Part shown: positions 32,091 through 42,310 of the stretch, piece by piece
How the letters are laid out: every line of letters starts with the position of its first letter
Position numbering within the stretch: the stretch's first letter is position 1
DNA from: a virus
Length of the DNA stretch: 44,881 nucleotides
Reading direction: 5' to 3' (one strand)
Virus record (IMG/VR): IMGVR_UViG_3300020202_000031
Coordinates: 1 to 44,881 of that record
Made by a program: the position numbers and the translations under genes
Notes under the pieces: generated by a model
Databases searched by the model: none
Seen by the model: only the letters and a program-made list of their open reading frames with translations
Told to the model about the DNA's origin: nothing

Positions 32091-33944
32091 ATGGCAAATA
32101 TTGACGGCGTAAATCCTCCGGTCCTCAACGACCAAGACTATGTTACCAAGATCAAGAACTCCCTTGATGCGATCGATGATCACGATCACTCATCACTCAA
32201 GGGCGTCCAGATCCCGACTGGCGGTATCGCCAACGGAGCCGTAACTGACGCTAAGGTCGCAGCCGGAATTGACGCCGCCAAGATTGCCGATGGCACGGTC
32301 TCGAATGCTGAGTTCCAGCACCTGAATGGTGTGACCTCTGCGATCCAAACGCAGCTCGACTCCAAAGCTACAGCGACTGGCCTCTCTGACCACTTGGCTG
32401 ACACGACGGACGCTCACGACGCATCAGCTATCTCAAGCGTGCCGGCTGGAAACTTGGCTGCAACCGACGTGCAGTCAGCACTCAATGAACTCCAAACGGA
32501 CATCGACACGCGAGCCACGAGCGCAGCGCTCACCTCCCACACGGGAGCAGCAGTAGGCGCGCATGCGGCGAGTGCTATCTCGAGCGTGGCAGCCGGTAAC
32601 CTGGCAGCGACCAATGTGCAGTCGGCGTTGAACGAACTCCAGTCTGATATCGACACCCGGGCGACGACTGCCGCGATGACCGCAGGGGACTCTACGGTGG
32701 CGACTAACGCTGCGACGGCTCTCTCTAACCACACCGGCAACGCAACAAACGCGCACGCTGCCTCTGCTATCACAAGCGTTGCTAGTGGAAACCTTGCAGC
32801 AACGACCGTGCAAGCGGCTCTTGATGAGCTTCAGACCGATGTCGATGGTCGCGTTGCAAAATCGACTGCGACCACCAAGGGTGACCTCTTGGTAGCGACG
32901 GCAGCCTCGACGATTGCACGCCAAGGTGTCGGCTCAGACGGCCAGATCCTCACGGCTGATTCGGCTCAAACAAACGGCATTAAGTGGGCAACACCTGCAT
33001 CGGCGCCCTCCTACAGCTTCGAGACCTCAAACCTTGCCGTCGCGGCGTCGGTGGGCTCAAGCGCTCTGACGGTCTCTCTCAAGGACGCTTCCGGCTCGGA
33101 CCCATCGGTAGGTAGCCCGGTCAAAATCGGTTTCCGAAGCTCGACGAGCACATCAGGCGTCTACAACCAACGGACGGTGTCTGCCGCGACTAACGTGGTC
33201 GTTTCGTCCGGCTCGACTCTGGGTCACGCTTCCGGCGATAGCCGCTACATCTACGTCTATGCGCTCGACAACGCGGGAACGGTCGAGCTGGCTGTGTCAT
33301 CAGGACTTTATCTCGACGGGTCGCTCGTCTCGACGACGGCGGAAGGCGGCGCAGGTGCTGCTGACTCCAACCATGTGATCTATTCGACAACCGCAAGGAC
33401 CAACGTCCCGGTGCGAATGATTGCCCGCCTTACAGTTAACCAGGCAACGGCTGGTACCTGGGCGTCGAACCCAACGGCCATTGTGCTGACTGCTCCCGGC
33501 TTTGCTGAGAGTGAGCCCGTGGTGGCGAGATACACGACGGCAGCTGGCCAGAGCATCGACAACGCAGCTAATGAGATCATCGACTTCGGAACGAAGGACT
33601 TCGATTCCTGTGGATGCGTGACCACTGGAGCCTCTTGGAGATTCACGGCCAATTCCGCAGGCAAGTACGAAGTTGTGGCCTCAGCGCTCTACGCGTCTGC
33701 GTCGTTCACAGCAACGAACGCCAACGACATTCAAGTTTGGAAGAACGGTTCTCGGCAGTCGATTGGTACCGTTTTCATTCCAACTACAGCCACCCGGTCG
33801 GTGGCCGTGGCGGTGAGCGACATCGTGAGCTTAGCTGCTGGCGACTACATCGACATTCGCACAAGTCACAGTGAGGCCGCGCCCCGCAGTCTGCTTTCTA
33901 ACGCTCAATACAACTTCATCACGATCAAGAAGATCGGGAACTAA
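32091..33944 (+). CDS. Tail fibre / receptor-binding protein
   Basis: Three tandem copies of AH(D/A)ASAI(S/T)SV..GNLAAT.VQ(S/A)AL.ELQ.D(I/V)D. The C-terminal part (about 130 aa), GKYEVVASALY...IQVWKNGSR...LAAGDYIDI, resembles a C1q/TNF-like jelly-roll. Confidence 0.7.
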   Translation: MANIDGVNPPVLNDQDYVTKIKNSLDAIDDHDHSSLKGVQIPTGGIANGAVTDAKVAAGIDAAKIADGTVSNAEFQHLNGVTSAIQTQLDSKATATGLSDHLADTTDAHDASAISSVPAGNLAATDVQSALNELQTDIDTRATSAALTSHTGAAVGAHAASAISSVAAGNLAATNVQSALNELQSDIDTRATTAAMTAGDSTVATNAATALSNHTGNATNAHAASAITSVASGNLAATTVQAALDELQTDVDGRVAKSTATTKGDLLVATAASTIARQGVGSDGQILTADSAQTNGIKWATPASAPSYSFETSNLAVAASVGSSALTVSLKDASGSDPSVGSPVKIGFRSSTSTSGVYNQRTVSAATNVVVSSGSTLGHASGDSRYIYVYALDNAGTVELAVSSGLYLDGSLVSTTAEGGAGAADSNHVIYSTTARTNVPVRMIARLTVNQATAGTWASNPTAIVLTAPGFAESEPVVARYTTAAGQSIDNAANEIIDFGTKDFDSCGCVTTGASWRFTANSAGKYEVVASALYASASFTATNANDIQVWKNGSRQSIGTVFIPTTATRSVAVAVSDIVSLAAGDYIDIRTSHSEAAPRSLLSNAQYNFITIKKIGN

Positions 33945-33957
33945 GGAGAGCTAGGCA

Positions 33958-34266
33958 ATGAAACGGTACGAGATCAAGCGGCTCGACGGGACGATTGGGT
34001 GGAGCGCTGAATTTGAGGCCGACTCGGAAGCGCAGGATTGGATCGCGTTGAACAGGGCGAACGGCTCCTGGGGCTCAGCGGCGGAACATTCAATCGTAGT
34101 AACCGATCTGACCGCGGAGCGAGCAGCTGAGAAGCAAGAGCGCCAAGACCGCAAGCAACGCCTCCGCGCTGCGAAAGCAGTGTTGGCGAGCGCAGGCACG
34201 CTTACGGCCGCACAGACCAAGGCGATCCTCAAAGACATGGTCGATGAGCTTGGGATCGGAAGCTAG
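33958..34266 (+). CDS. Hypothetical protein (102 aa)
   Basis: ORF with SD aaggagag. Position is compatible with a fibre chaperone, but there is no motif. Confidence 0.45.
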   Translation: MKRYEIKRLDGTIGWSAEFEADSEAQDWIALNRANGSWGSAAEHSIVVTDLTAERAAEKQERQDRKQRLRAAKAVLASAGTLTAAQTKAILKDMVDELGIGS

Positions 34267-34270
34267 AGCG

Positions 34271-34525
34271 ATGAACGACAAAGACAGCCAAAAGCCCTCC
34301 TTCTTTCACGAAGGCACCTGGCTGCCTGTGTCATTGGTCCTCAGTATCTTGGGCGGCGTGGCATGGGCTTCGGTTCAAGCTCACCAAGTCAGCGTCAACA
34401 CGCAGGACCTCGCTCAACTTAAAGCCCACACTCGTGAGACCCGCATCTCACAAGATGAGAAACTCGATGAGATCATCCAACGGCTCTCGCGTATCGAGGG
34501 CCAAATGGAGGGGTTGAAGAAGTAA
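34271..34525 (+). CDS. Single-pass membrane protein with a coiled-coil tail (84 aa)
   Basis: Met10 of the tracked ORF. TM segment WLPVSLVLSILGGVAWASV, then KLDEIIQRLSRIEGQMEGL. Confidence 0.45.
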   Translation: MNDKDSQKPSFFHEGTWLPVSLVLSILGGVAWASVQAHQVSVNTQDLAQLKAHTRETRISQDEKLDEIIQRLSRIEGQMEGLKK

Positions 34526-37089
34526 TGGCTATCTTGTCGGTCAAAGACTTCATCGGCGGCAAGACTGACTTCGCCGTGGGCGCTAACCCCTCGCAGTTTG
34601 AGAACGCCGACAACCTCGTCATTAACGAGTACGGAGATCTAGAGCACAGGCCAGGGACGCTGCTCGATTTCACGACCTCGGGCTCTAGAGCTCGCCTTCC
34701 AACGAATGCCCGCGTGGGCCTCCTGGCGCCTCAGACCACAGGTGCCGCAGCCGCCTTCACCATTCTCAAGCAGAGCGGAACCAAGCTCTTCTATGACAAC
34801 GGCACGGCTCGCACCGAGCTTGTTGGCCCGGGCTCCGCCTCGGCCTTCAACGTCCCAAGCCTTGATACCGAGGTGTCGTTCTCCTACTCCGAGTGGAACA
34901 ACCACACCTTCATTACCCACGAAAGCCCCTGGCAGCTGCCAGTTATGATCTACAGAGATTCTAGCGGAGTGTTGAGACTCAGAACCGCGGGGCTCCCCCC
35001 GGTCGCAGGCTCATCGATTACCGCTGTGGGTGGTGCCGGGGGCTCCTACATCTACGCCTTCGTCTATAAGTATTCCTACACGGTAGGCTCGACGACGTAT
35101 GAGATCCGGTCTCGCCCGTACCTTAAGTCCTTCACCAACATCGCCTCTGACCCATCGGCGGCGAACATCACGGTGGGATCCATCCCGACACTTTCGTCTG
35201 GTACCGGCGAGCACTACGACACGACGACCATCAAGGTTGAGATCTACCGCACCACCAATGGTGGCAGCGTCCTCTACTACGTAAACGAAGTCACCAACGG
35301 CACAGCAAGCTACATCGACTCAGCCGCCAATGCGACTCTCCAGACTGCCAACAACACCCTCTACACGACGGGTGGCGTGTCGGGGAATGACCGCGCTCCT
35401 AAGTGCAAGTTCGTTCACTCAACCTCTGACTTCACCTACTGGGCCAACGGCTATGAGGTAACGGTGGGCGGCGCTGACGGTGAGTACCTCCCGCAGCGCG
35501 TGTGGCAGTCAAAGCGTGGTGGCCCCTACTCTGTTCCGGCAAGCTTCTACGCCGACATCGAAGAACCGATCACGGCGATCTCGTCTGTGAAGTCGATCCC
35601 GATCGTCTTCGGCGCCAACTCCGTATACCGCCTCGATGGTACGTTTGATAACAACGGCCGTGGTGGCATGAGCCCTCGGAAGATCTCTGACCGCGTGGGG
35701 TGTGTCGGCCATCTGTCGGTGGTGCAGACGCTTGATGGTCTGTACTTCGCAGGTAACGACGGCTTCTACTTCACCGACGGCTACAAGATCTACTCGCTCT
35801 CAGCCGAGGATTTCAAGGCGACCTACAAGCGGCTAGTCGAGACCGACCTCCAGAAGAAGCGGATCTACGGTACCTACGACTCGCTCAACAAGCGCGTTCT
35901 GTGGTCTGTGCACGATCCCGATGGCGACACGACTCAAGAGAACAACACGATCTTCTGCATGTACCTGCCGGCGAAGAAGTTCACCACCTGGAGCTCAGGC
36001 TCTGAGGGCCGGGGGTACTACAACGAACTAACGGTCACAGCAGCTGGCACCACTCTGACGCTTGGATCAACTGAAGGGATCTCGGCTGGCGACTTCATCC
36101 GCATCCCCGGCGTGAACACGTTTGACATGTACGTCACAAGCGTTGATAGCACGACGCAGCTCTCCATTAACACCTCGGCAGGAGTTGGCCCCGTCACGGT
36201 GCAGTTCTTTGTGAACGAGCCGATTCGAATTGATGTCTTCGGTAACTTCCAGCCGTCGTCTCTTCTCTTCGCTAACCAGATCGTCTGGCAGGGTGATGGG
36301 CGCGGCTTCACGCTCAAGTACGATAACGACACGCTCTCTGATGTGCAGATCGATGAGCGCTGGGATTCCTCATCAAGCGACCCCATCGTCCCGATCAAGC
36401 GCACGATCCTCTTCAACTACTCAGGCCCGATTCTTGATCTTGGCACAACGGAGTTCCGTAAGTGGGTGAACTCGGTTGTTGTTAAGGCGCGGCCCCGTTC
36501 TGACATCTCGGCCAATGTGGCCATCCAGCCGTATGGTGAGAACGACGACAGTAACTCGCTTCAGGAGCTGAAAGAGATCTTCGCCACCTCGTTCTACCCG
36601 TGGGGCGCACCTCTCATCTCGTATGGTGACCCGGCCCTCTACCGTCGGCGTCAGCAGATCGTGGACGAGATCAGGCGCTTCCCCAAGGGCCGCATGCGCT
36701 GCGAGTATAAGCAGGTGCACCTAAAGTCGGCGTTCGTGAACCTCTACAACTCGACCTCCTACGGTGAAGGCACGATCTCGGTGGGCTCAGCGCCCCTGAA
36801 GACCAAAGTCCTCACCATCACAGGCCAGGCACCCAGCGACCTCTACAACTCATGGATCACGTTTGAAACGGACGACTACACGGCCGAGTACAAGATCCTC
36901 AGCCAGACCGAGACAACGATCACGTTCCTTGACCCGGCTGGAGCCATCGCCGTTGGCGCAGGAGCCCCTTGGATCATCCGGTCCTACCCCACCAACAACT
37001 TCGTCAACCTCGTCGAGTACACGCTCTACTATGAAGTGATGAGCGCGACTCAGTCGTCCTTCCGGGCGACGTCAGGGCAGAACACGTGA
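34525..37089 (+). CDS. Large virion/tail structural protein (854 aa)
   Basis: The largest ORF of the late block. Beta-rich, TAATG-coupled. No enzymatic motif seen. Confidence 0.5.
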   Translation: MAILSVKDFIGGKTDFAVGANPSQFENADNLVINEYGDLEHRPGTLLDFTTSGSRARLPTNARVGLLAPQTTGAAAAFTILKQSGTKLFYDNGTARTELVGPGSASAFNVPSLDTEVSFSYSEWNNHTFITHESPWQLPVMIYRDSSGVLRLRTAGLPPVAGSSITAVGGAGGSYIYAFVYKYSYTVGSTTYEIRSRPYLKSFTNIASDPSAANITVGSIPTLSSGTGEHYDTTTIKVEIYRTTNGGSVLYYVNEVTNGTASYIDSAANATLQTANNTLYTTGGVSGNDRAPKCKFVHSTSDFTYWANGYEVTVGGADGEYLPQRVWQSKRGGPYSVPASFYADIEEPITAISSVKSIPIVFGANSVYRLDGTFDNNGRGGMSPRKISDRVGCVGHLSVVQTLDGLYFAGNDGFYFTDGYKIYSLSAEDFKATYKRLVETDLQKKRIYGTYDSLNKRVLWSVHDPDGDTTQENNTIFCMYLPAKKFTTWSSGSEGRGYYNELTVTAAGTTLTLGSTEGISAGDFIRIPGVNTFDMYVTSVDSTTQLSINTSAGVGPVTVQFFVNEPIRIDVFGNFQPSSLLFANQIVWQGDGRGFTLKYDNDTLSDVQIDERWDSSSSDPIVPIKRTILFNYSGPILDLGTTEFRKWVNSVVVKARPRSDISANVAIQPYGENDDSNSLQELKEIFATSFYPWGAPLISYGDPALYRRRQQIVDEIRRFPKGRMRCEYKQVHLKSAFVNLYNSTSYGEGTISVGSAPLKTKVLTITGQAPSDLYNSWITFETDDYTAEYKILSQTETTITFLDPAGAIAVGAGAPWIIRSYPTNNFVNLVEYTLYYEVMSATQSSFRATSGQNT

Positions 37090-37421
37090 CAGCTCCACTT
37101 CGCCGCCCAGTCTTTGACGCCATCCCAGATGAGCGCGTGAGGGAGTTCTTCCAGTGGTTCTACGAGTTCCTCTCTGGCCAGCCGCTTCTCTTGGGGCGCT
37201 TTGAGCACTTCGAGATCGAAGTCACGCAGGCTGAGACCGGGCTCCTCATCCCGCACAACCTGGGCTTCGTCCCACTCGACATCCTCCCGACCTCTGTCAC
37301 GGGGCCAGGCACGGTGACATTCAACTACACCGCCTTTACTGAGAACTTCATTTCCATCACGACGACGGGCGCCTGCAAGGTCCGCTTCTTCGGAGGGTCC
37401 TATGTCAACGAAAACGTATAG
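37086..37421 (+). CDS. Hypothetical structural protein (111 aa)
   Basis: GTGA overlap with the upstream gene. Confidence 0.45.
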   Translation: MTAPLRRPVFDAIPDERVREFFQWFYEFLSGQPLLLGRFEHFEIEVTQAETGLLIPHNLGFVPLDILPTSVTGPGTVTFNYTAFTENFISITTTGACKVRFFGGSYVNENV

Positions 37422-38322
37422 CAGCCTGAAGACGCTCGTGCAGGATAAGCTTGACCTGCGCGACGAGGACTTCATCGACGACGCCGAGATGCTTCTCTAC
37501 GTCGAGGAAGCGGTTCGCTTCTGCGAGGCTGAGATCCACAAGCTCAACATCGAAGATCAATACTTCGTCTCTCACGCTCCCTTACGCGTGCGTTCGGGCT
37601 TCTCAGATGTGGATCTCCCCACAAACATCTACGCCAATAAGATACTCCGCGTCGTCTACTCGAATGGGTCGACGACCCGCGACATTCCGCGCATGAGATC
37701 CCTCACCCGCTACTCGGATGCTGAAGCGACCCGCAAGGACGCACCGGCAACACCTGGCGCCTACAGCTACATGCTTGTTAACAACTCGCGTAGCTCCGGC
37801 ACGCGGCTCCGCCTCTTCCCAACACCGAACGAAACATCGACCTTCGCCACGCTCTCTTCCGAGTTCGCAGCCACGGCTGGAAGCGAAGTCATCACAGTCA
37901 CAACACCTGCTTCGTGGACCGTCGGTCACTTCGTCACAAGCGCCACCTTCCCTGCTGGCACGCGCGTGTCGCATGTGAGTGGATCGACCGTGACGCTTTC
38001 AAACAAGGCGCTCGCCACGGTCGCTGCTGGCACGGTTGAGCTCACGTCTGATCTCTTTCAAGTCTGGTTTATCCGCGATGCGGAAGTGCCGGCAACCGAT
38101 GAAGACGTGATCGATTTCCCAGAGTTCTGGTCCTTCATCGGGCAGCACGTGGTGGTAAACTGTTTAAAGAAGGAGCTTGGTAACCCCAGGCTCGGGATCG
38201 AAGTCGAAACGCTCAGAGAGCTTAAGGAACAAATGCTCTCCACGCTCTCGAACATGGTGCCTGATCAGGACGACACCATCCAGCCAGACGTGGGTCACTA
38301 TCAGGATATGGGGGGATTCTAA
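37402..38322 (+). CDS. Structural protein with a head-tail-connector-like N-terminus (306 aa)
   Basis: SLKTLVQDKLDLRDEDFIDDAEMLLYVEEAVRFCEAEI resembles the gp6-type adaptor opening motif. The rest is unassigned. Confidence 0.35.
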   Translation: MSTKTYSSLKTLVQDKLDLRDEDFIDDAEMLLYVEEAVRFCEAEIHKLNIEDQYFVSHAPLRVRSGFSDVDLPTNIYANKILRVVYSNGSTTRDIPRMRSLTRYSDAEATRKDAPATPGAYSYMLVNNSRSSGTRLRLFPTPNETSTFATLSSEFAATAGSEVITVTTPASWTVGHFVTSATFPAGTRVSHVSGSTVTLSNKALATVAAGTVELTSDLFQVWFIRDAEVPATDEDVIDFPEFWSFIGQHVVVNCLKKELGNPRLGIEVETLRELKEQMLSTLSNMVPDQDDTIQPDVGHYQDMGGF

Positions 38323-38324
38323 GT

Positions 38325-39065
38325 ATGTCGAAGAAAGTCGTAATGACCGAGTCCGAGTATCGGGACTGGGCGAGAAAGAATAACTACAAACTGATGGTGA
38401 GGCCCGGCAACTTCGTCGTTGTTCCCGATGGTTCTGCAAAGACACAGTACGGAAAAAAGGAGGAAGACACCAGGAAAAAGGAAGAACAAGCGCTACGCAA
38501 GCTGATGAAGGCTCAGCCCGCTTACGAGAGCCTGCTGAAGTCCAGCGCAGCTCAAGATCTTCAGAAGAGCGCGTACGGCACGGACCCCTTGGCCGAGTTC
38601 CAAGCACAACGTGCGCAGGCACAGGCCGCGGCCGAACAGGGCAAGCTCAAGATCGGGCAGCAGCTTCACGACGAGCTGCAAGACCAGTCGATCGCTCAAG
38701 CAGGCCAGACCGCTAACGCCTACTCTCAGCTTGCTATGGGTGGTGGACTCTCCTCTGGCGCTCGTGAGCGCGTTGCCTCAGGCGGCCTCGAGAGTAATCT
38801 CTACGCCGCTCAGGCAGCTCGCCTTGATAATCAGCGCGCTCTTCAAGAGCAGCAGTCGACACTCGATCAAGGTCTTCTTGGCATTACAGCTAAGGAAGGC
38901 GAAACGCGTCGCGGTCTTCAGAACAGCTACCTTGACCTTCAGAAGCAAGACACCGCGGGCATCAACTCATACAAACAAGATCAATGGGCGAAGAGGGCGG
39001 ATCTTGAGTCCGGCATCTTGAAGTCTCGCAGCGAAGAACGCATCGCTAAGAATAACCAGAGATAA
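38325..39065 (+). CDS. Q/A-rich internal virion (ejection)-type protein (246 aa)
   Basis: Low-complexity helical sequence. It lies in the terminal block of the late operon. Confidence 0.4.
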   Translation: MSKKVVMTESEYRDWARKNNYKLMVRPGNFVVVPDGSAKTQYGKKEEDTRKKEEQALRKLMKAQPAYESLLKSSAAQDLQKSAYGTDPLAEFQAQRAQAQAAAEQGKLKIGQQLHDELQDQSIAQAGQTANAYSQLAMGGGLSSGARERVASGGLESNLYAAQAARLDNQRALQEQQSTLDQGLLGITAKEGETRRGLQNSYLDLQKQDTAGINSYKQDQWAKRADLESGILKSRSEERIAKNNQR

Positions 39066-39079
39066 GGGAGGAAGAATCA

Positions 39080-39442
39080 ATGTTACCACTTCTTGCAGCG
39101 GTCGGAGCCCTTGGAACTGGCTTAGTCAGCCTGACAAACGCTCGCGCCAACAACGCCGAAGCAGCCCGTCGCGAGCGCCTCAATGGAGAACTCGCAAGCC
39201 TCGACACGCGCTTTGGCGCCTTCCAGAAGGGTAACTCCCGCGAGCGTCTTGGAATGAACCCGCTCGAACGGAAGTCTATGCTCGGCGCCGCTCTAAGTGG
39301 CGGGCTTTCGGGCGCACTTCAAGGCGCGAATGTCGCCTCCGCCATTGATAGCCAGAACGCCTACAAGAGTCTCCTCAGCCGTTTGTCGGCAGGCCAAGGC
39401 GGTAACGAAGCCATCCGCATGATCAAGGAGCTGAAGCCGTGA
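39080..39442 (+). CDS. Small protein with an N-terminal hydrophobic segment (120 aa)
   Basis: Begins MLPLLAAVGALGTGLVSL. SD gggagg upstream. Confidence 0.45.
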   Translation: MLPLLAAVGALGTGLVSLTNARANNAEAARRERLNGELASLDTRFGAFQKGNSRERLGMNPLERKSMLGAALSGGLSGALQGANVASAIDSQNAYKSLLSRLSAGQGGNEAIRMIKELKP

Positions 39443-40512
39443 GCCCACTCCCTCCGAATAAGGCTCCAGTCACTCCTGAGGAGCTGGAAGAAGCGGCCGC
39501 GCTCGGGCTTCCCGTTCAGCCCTTGGTCGGAGGTGGTGCAGATGTCGTCATGGCAGCTGACGACCTACCTCTTCCCCCGGTTGACTTAGGTGAGCTGCCC
39601 CCAGAGGAAGAGCTCTCGCCCTTGCAGCTGATGCTCGAGGAAGAAAAGAAGTCCGACGCCGCACGCCGTGAGATGCTCTTAGGCGAGTTGACTGAGCGCT
39701 TGAAGATGAAGCCCGGCACAGTCGACTGGACCCCGCTGGCGTCACAGCTTGATTCGATGTTCGGCACTAAGACCATGGCGGCTGCTGAGTCACGAAACCA
39801 AGTCGGTGCTAAAGAAGAGAAGCGAGTCACTGATCTCTACGACAGACTCACTGCAAGGGACACGGACAAGTTCGGCAAAGCGCTTGCTACGAGCACTGAG
39901 CGCAAGGCTCGTGATGTTCTCTCGGGTGAAGACAAGCTTCGCGATGACTTCATGAAGAGCGATCTGACGAAGCAGTTCGACAAGGCAAAAGAAGGCATCG
40001 ATAAGGTGCGCGCTCTGGCGGCTTCGAAGTCGCAAGGCGGCGCAAATGATGTGGCGCTGATCTACGCGTTCATGAAAGCTCAGGACCCAGGCTCCGTAGT
40101 TAAAGAAGGCGAGTTCGCGACCGCTCAGAAATACTCGGGCTCGCTCTACGATATGTTCGGCATCAAGTTTGACCGCATCCGCGGCGGCTCCGATATGCTT
40201 ACGCCTGAACAGCGCCAGTCGATGATCCGTGCAGCAGAGACGGCGTTCGGTTCTCAAGAACAGAGCTACTCGGCCTTCCGAGAGCAGTTCGCTGACCTTG
40301 CCCGCAGGCGTGGATACGACCCAGCGAGCGTTCTCGTGGGACACGCCCACGCGGCACGCCGAGTTCCCACAGCACCTGCAGCAAAGGCTCCATCGCCGGC
40401 ACCTCGTCGTACTGCCCCGGCACCAGCGCCTGCACCGAAGAAAGCGGCAACGCCAGCAGGGCAACTTTCACCTACCTCCCAGCGGCTCATTGATAAGTAC
40501 GGGAAGAAGTAA
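39439..40512 (+). CDS. Internal virion (ejection)-type protein (357 aa)
   Basis: GTGA overlap. A conserved-looking core DVALIYAFMKAQDPGSVVKEGEF and a P/A-rich tail. Confidence 0.4.
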   Translation: MSPLPPNKAPVTPEELEEAAALGLPVQPLVGGGADVVMAADDLPLPPVDLGELPPEEELSPLQLMLEEEKKSDAARREMLLGELTERLKMKPGTVDWTPLASQLDSMFGTKTMAAAESRNQVGAKEEKRVTDLYDRLTARDTDKFGKALATSTERKARDVLSGEDKLRDDFMKSDLTKQFDKAKEGIDKVRALAASKSQGGANDVALIYAFMKAQDPGSVVKEGEFATAQKYSGSLYDMFGIKFDRIRGGSDMLTPEQRQSMIRAAETAFGSQEQSYSAFREQFADLARRRGYDPASVLVGHAHAARRVPTAPAAKAPSPAPRRTAPAPAPAPKKAATPAGQLSPTSQRLIDKYGKK

Positions 40513-40514
40513 CA

Positions 40515-42251
40515 ATGACCAAGGAACAAGCAGCACAGATCGTTCAAGCCATCCAAGAGAAGCTTGCTACCGGCGAGATCACCGCCGCTGAAGCTGACCA
40601 GGACCTCATGGACCTCGAAGGCGCCGTGAAGGAAATGGAACTGGCTGAGATCGAGGCCGAGCCGATGGATCTCCCGACGTCGCCTATGACCATGGGCACG
40701 GAAGATATGTCGATGGACGAGATGCAGGGCGCTGGGCAGTACGCCGGCCGATTGGCAGAGGTCGCCACTGGTGCTGCTCCTGCCCGCCTTGCTGCCGCTC
40801 AGGCAATGGGCGCTGACTACTCCTTAGATGAACTCCTCGACATGGCGCTCAAGCTCGACGGGTCGTTTCCCTCTGGGGAAGAGATCGTCAATCGCACTGG
40901 TACTGGGAAGGGAAGCCCTGTGCTTCAGACTGCAGCGTCGGTGGCTCTTGATGCCGCTGACCCGGCCGTCCTGCTCGGCCTTGGCGGGCTTATCAAGAAG
41001 GGCGTTCAGGCTGGCGGCAAGAAGATATTCCAGTCGGGCCTTAAGAACGTCGACAAGGCTGTGCAGAAAGCCGGCAAAGATTTCAACGCGTACTCGGACA
41101 CCCTGTTCCGCCATGGGATCGCTGGCACGAGCGAGTCGATGGTTGAGCAAGCCGACGCCCTGGCCGACAAGCTCTACAAAGAGCAACGCTCAATCCTGGA
41201 GGCGGCAGCTAACGCTGGTGCCGTGGTCGACCCGCAGCGCGCATTTAACCCTGTGCTCCTTCAAGCTCAGAAGATCGCAACAAGCGGCCCTGGTGGAAGA
41301 GCCACACTGAAGTCCGTGAAGGGCCAGGCGCAGAACTTCCTAGAAGAGTTCGATGGCCTCGTGCGCGATCACAAGTACCGCCCCGAGATGAAGGAAGGCC
41401 CGACGCAAGTCCCGGCGTTCTTCGAGCACGAGCTCCCGACCCGTGGCACGGCGACGAAGTCCGAGATGGTTGTCGATGTCGATCAACCTCTGACGGGCAC
41501 GCCCGGATCTCCCGATCAGGGCGACATGTTCCGCTCGCATCCTGAGCACGTTCTAGGTGCAAATGCTCGTCGCGGCCAGATGCCGCTCTTCTCACGCGAT
41601 TCTGTCACGGCGGCTCAGACCCCGGTTTCGGCCGAGACGGTGCAGTACCAGCAGGCGCTTATGGACATGCCGAAGGGACAGCAAAACCTTCTGCGCCCTA
41701 GCGACATCATGGCCCCTAAGGCTCCCATCATTCCTGCAAGTGGCGGCGTGGCAGTCGACGATTTCTCCGACATCAAGTCTCAAATCTACGATCTAGCGGG
41801 CGATGACGCCTACTCGAAGCTCAAGCGATCTGACGTGGGCGAGAAGCTCATGAAGCGCGCAGGACGTCGCGCTAAGCTCGCCACAGAGCTTGCGGTGAAG
41901 AAGGTCGATCCGGCCGCTGCCAAGCGCCTGAAGGAACTGAACAGCGATCTGGGCGCTCTCCTGAGCGGCCGAGAAGCCATGTTCGGCGAGTTCTCGAAAG
42001 AGGTCACGCGCAACGCTGTGACGCCGGTTGATATGGCACTCGGGATTCTGAACCCGAAGGCCGCCATGTCGAAGAAGATGGGCGACCTCGCTAAAGGCGC
42101 CTACGTCCGGACGAGCCTCGGCAAGCTCCTCAACAACCGTGGGGTGTCGGCTGCTGCCGGTGTTGCTGGGACGGCTGCCACCAAGCAGGCCATCCCGTCG
42201 GCGTACGAGTACCTGATGCTGAAGCTCCAAGAGGACGAGGGCAAGAAGTAG
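40515..42251 (+). CDS. Internal virion (ejection)-type protein (578 aa)
   Basis: The last gene of the late operon. Acidic N-terminus and no enzymatic motif. Confidence 0.4.
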   Translation: MTKEQAAQIVQAIQEKLATGEITAAEADQDLMDLEGAVKEMELAEIEAEPMDLPTSPMTMGTEDMSMDEMQGAGQYAGRLAEVATGAAPARLAAAQAMGADYSLDELLDMALKLDGSFPSGEEIVNRTGTGKGSPVLQTAASVALDAADPAVLLGLGGLIKKGVQAGGKKIFQSGLKNVDKAVQKAGKDFNAYSDTLFRHGIAGTSESMVEQADALADKLYKEQRSILEAAANAGAVVDPQRAFNPVLLQAQKIATSGPGGRATLKSVKGQAQNFLEEFDGLVRDHKYRPEMKEGPTQVPAFFEHELPTRGTATKSEMVVDVDQPLTGTPGSPDQGDMFRSHPEHVLGANARRGQMPLFSRDSVTAAQTPVSAETVQYQQALMDMPKGQQNLLRPSDIMAPKAPIIPASGGVAVDDFSDIKSQIYDLAGDDAYSKLKRSDVGEKLMKRAGRRAKLATELAVKKVDPAAAKRLKELNSDLGALLSGREAMFGEFSKEVTRNAVTPVDMALGILNPKAAMSKKMGDLAKGAYVRTSLGKLLNNRGVSAAAGVAGTAATKQAIPSAYEYLMLKLQEDEGKK

Positions 42252-42270
42252 CCCTTCTAGCGGCGTGATT

Positions 42271-42310
42271 TTGTAACTGGTTTGTAACTGGTTTTTTTTG
42301 AAACCAGTTG
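42271..42310 (+). repeat. attP arm repeat E1 (GTAACTGGTTTGTAACTGGTTTTTTTTGAAACCAGTT)
   Basis: A tandem GTAACTGGTTT half-repeat plus the hairpin AACTGGTTT/AAACCAGTT. It is a direct repeat of E2 and lies 20 nt after the last late gene. Confidence 0.6.

Noticed and set aside
32409-32853. A diversity-generating retroelement or cassette-switching explanation for the repeated segments in the tail fibre.
   Set aside because: No reverse transcriptase gene exists anywhere in the genome. There is no adenine-specific template/variable repeat pair, and no inverted alternative fibre exons on the opposite strand. The repeats are in-frame structural repeats.
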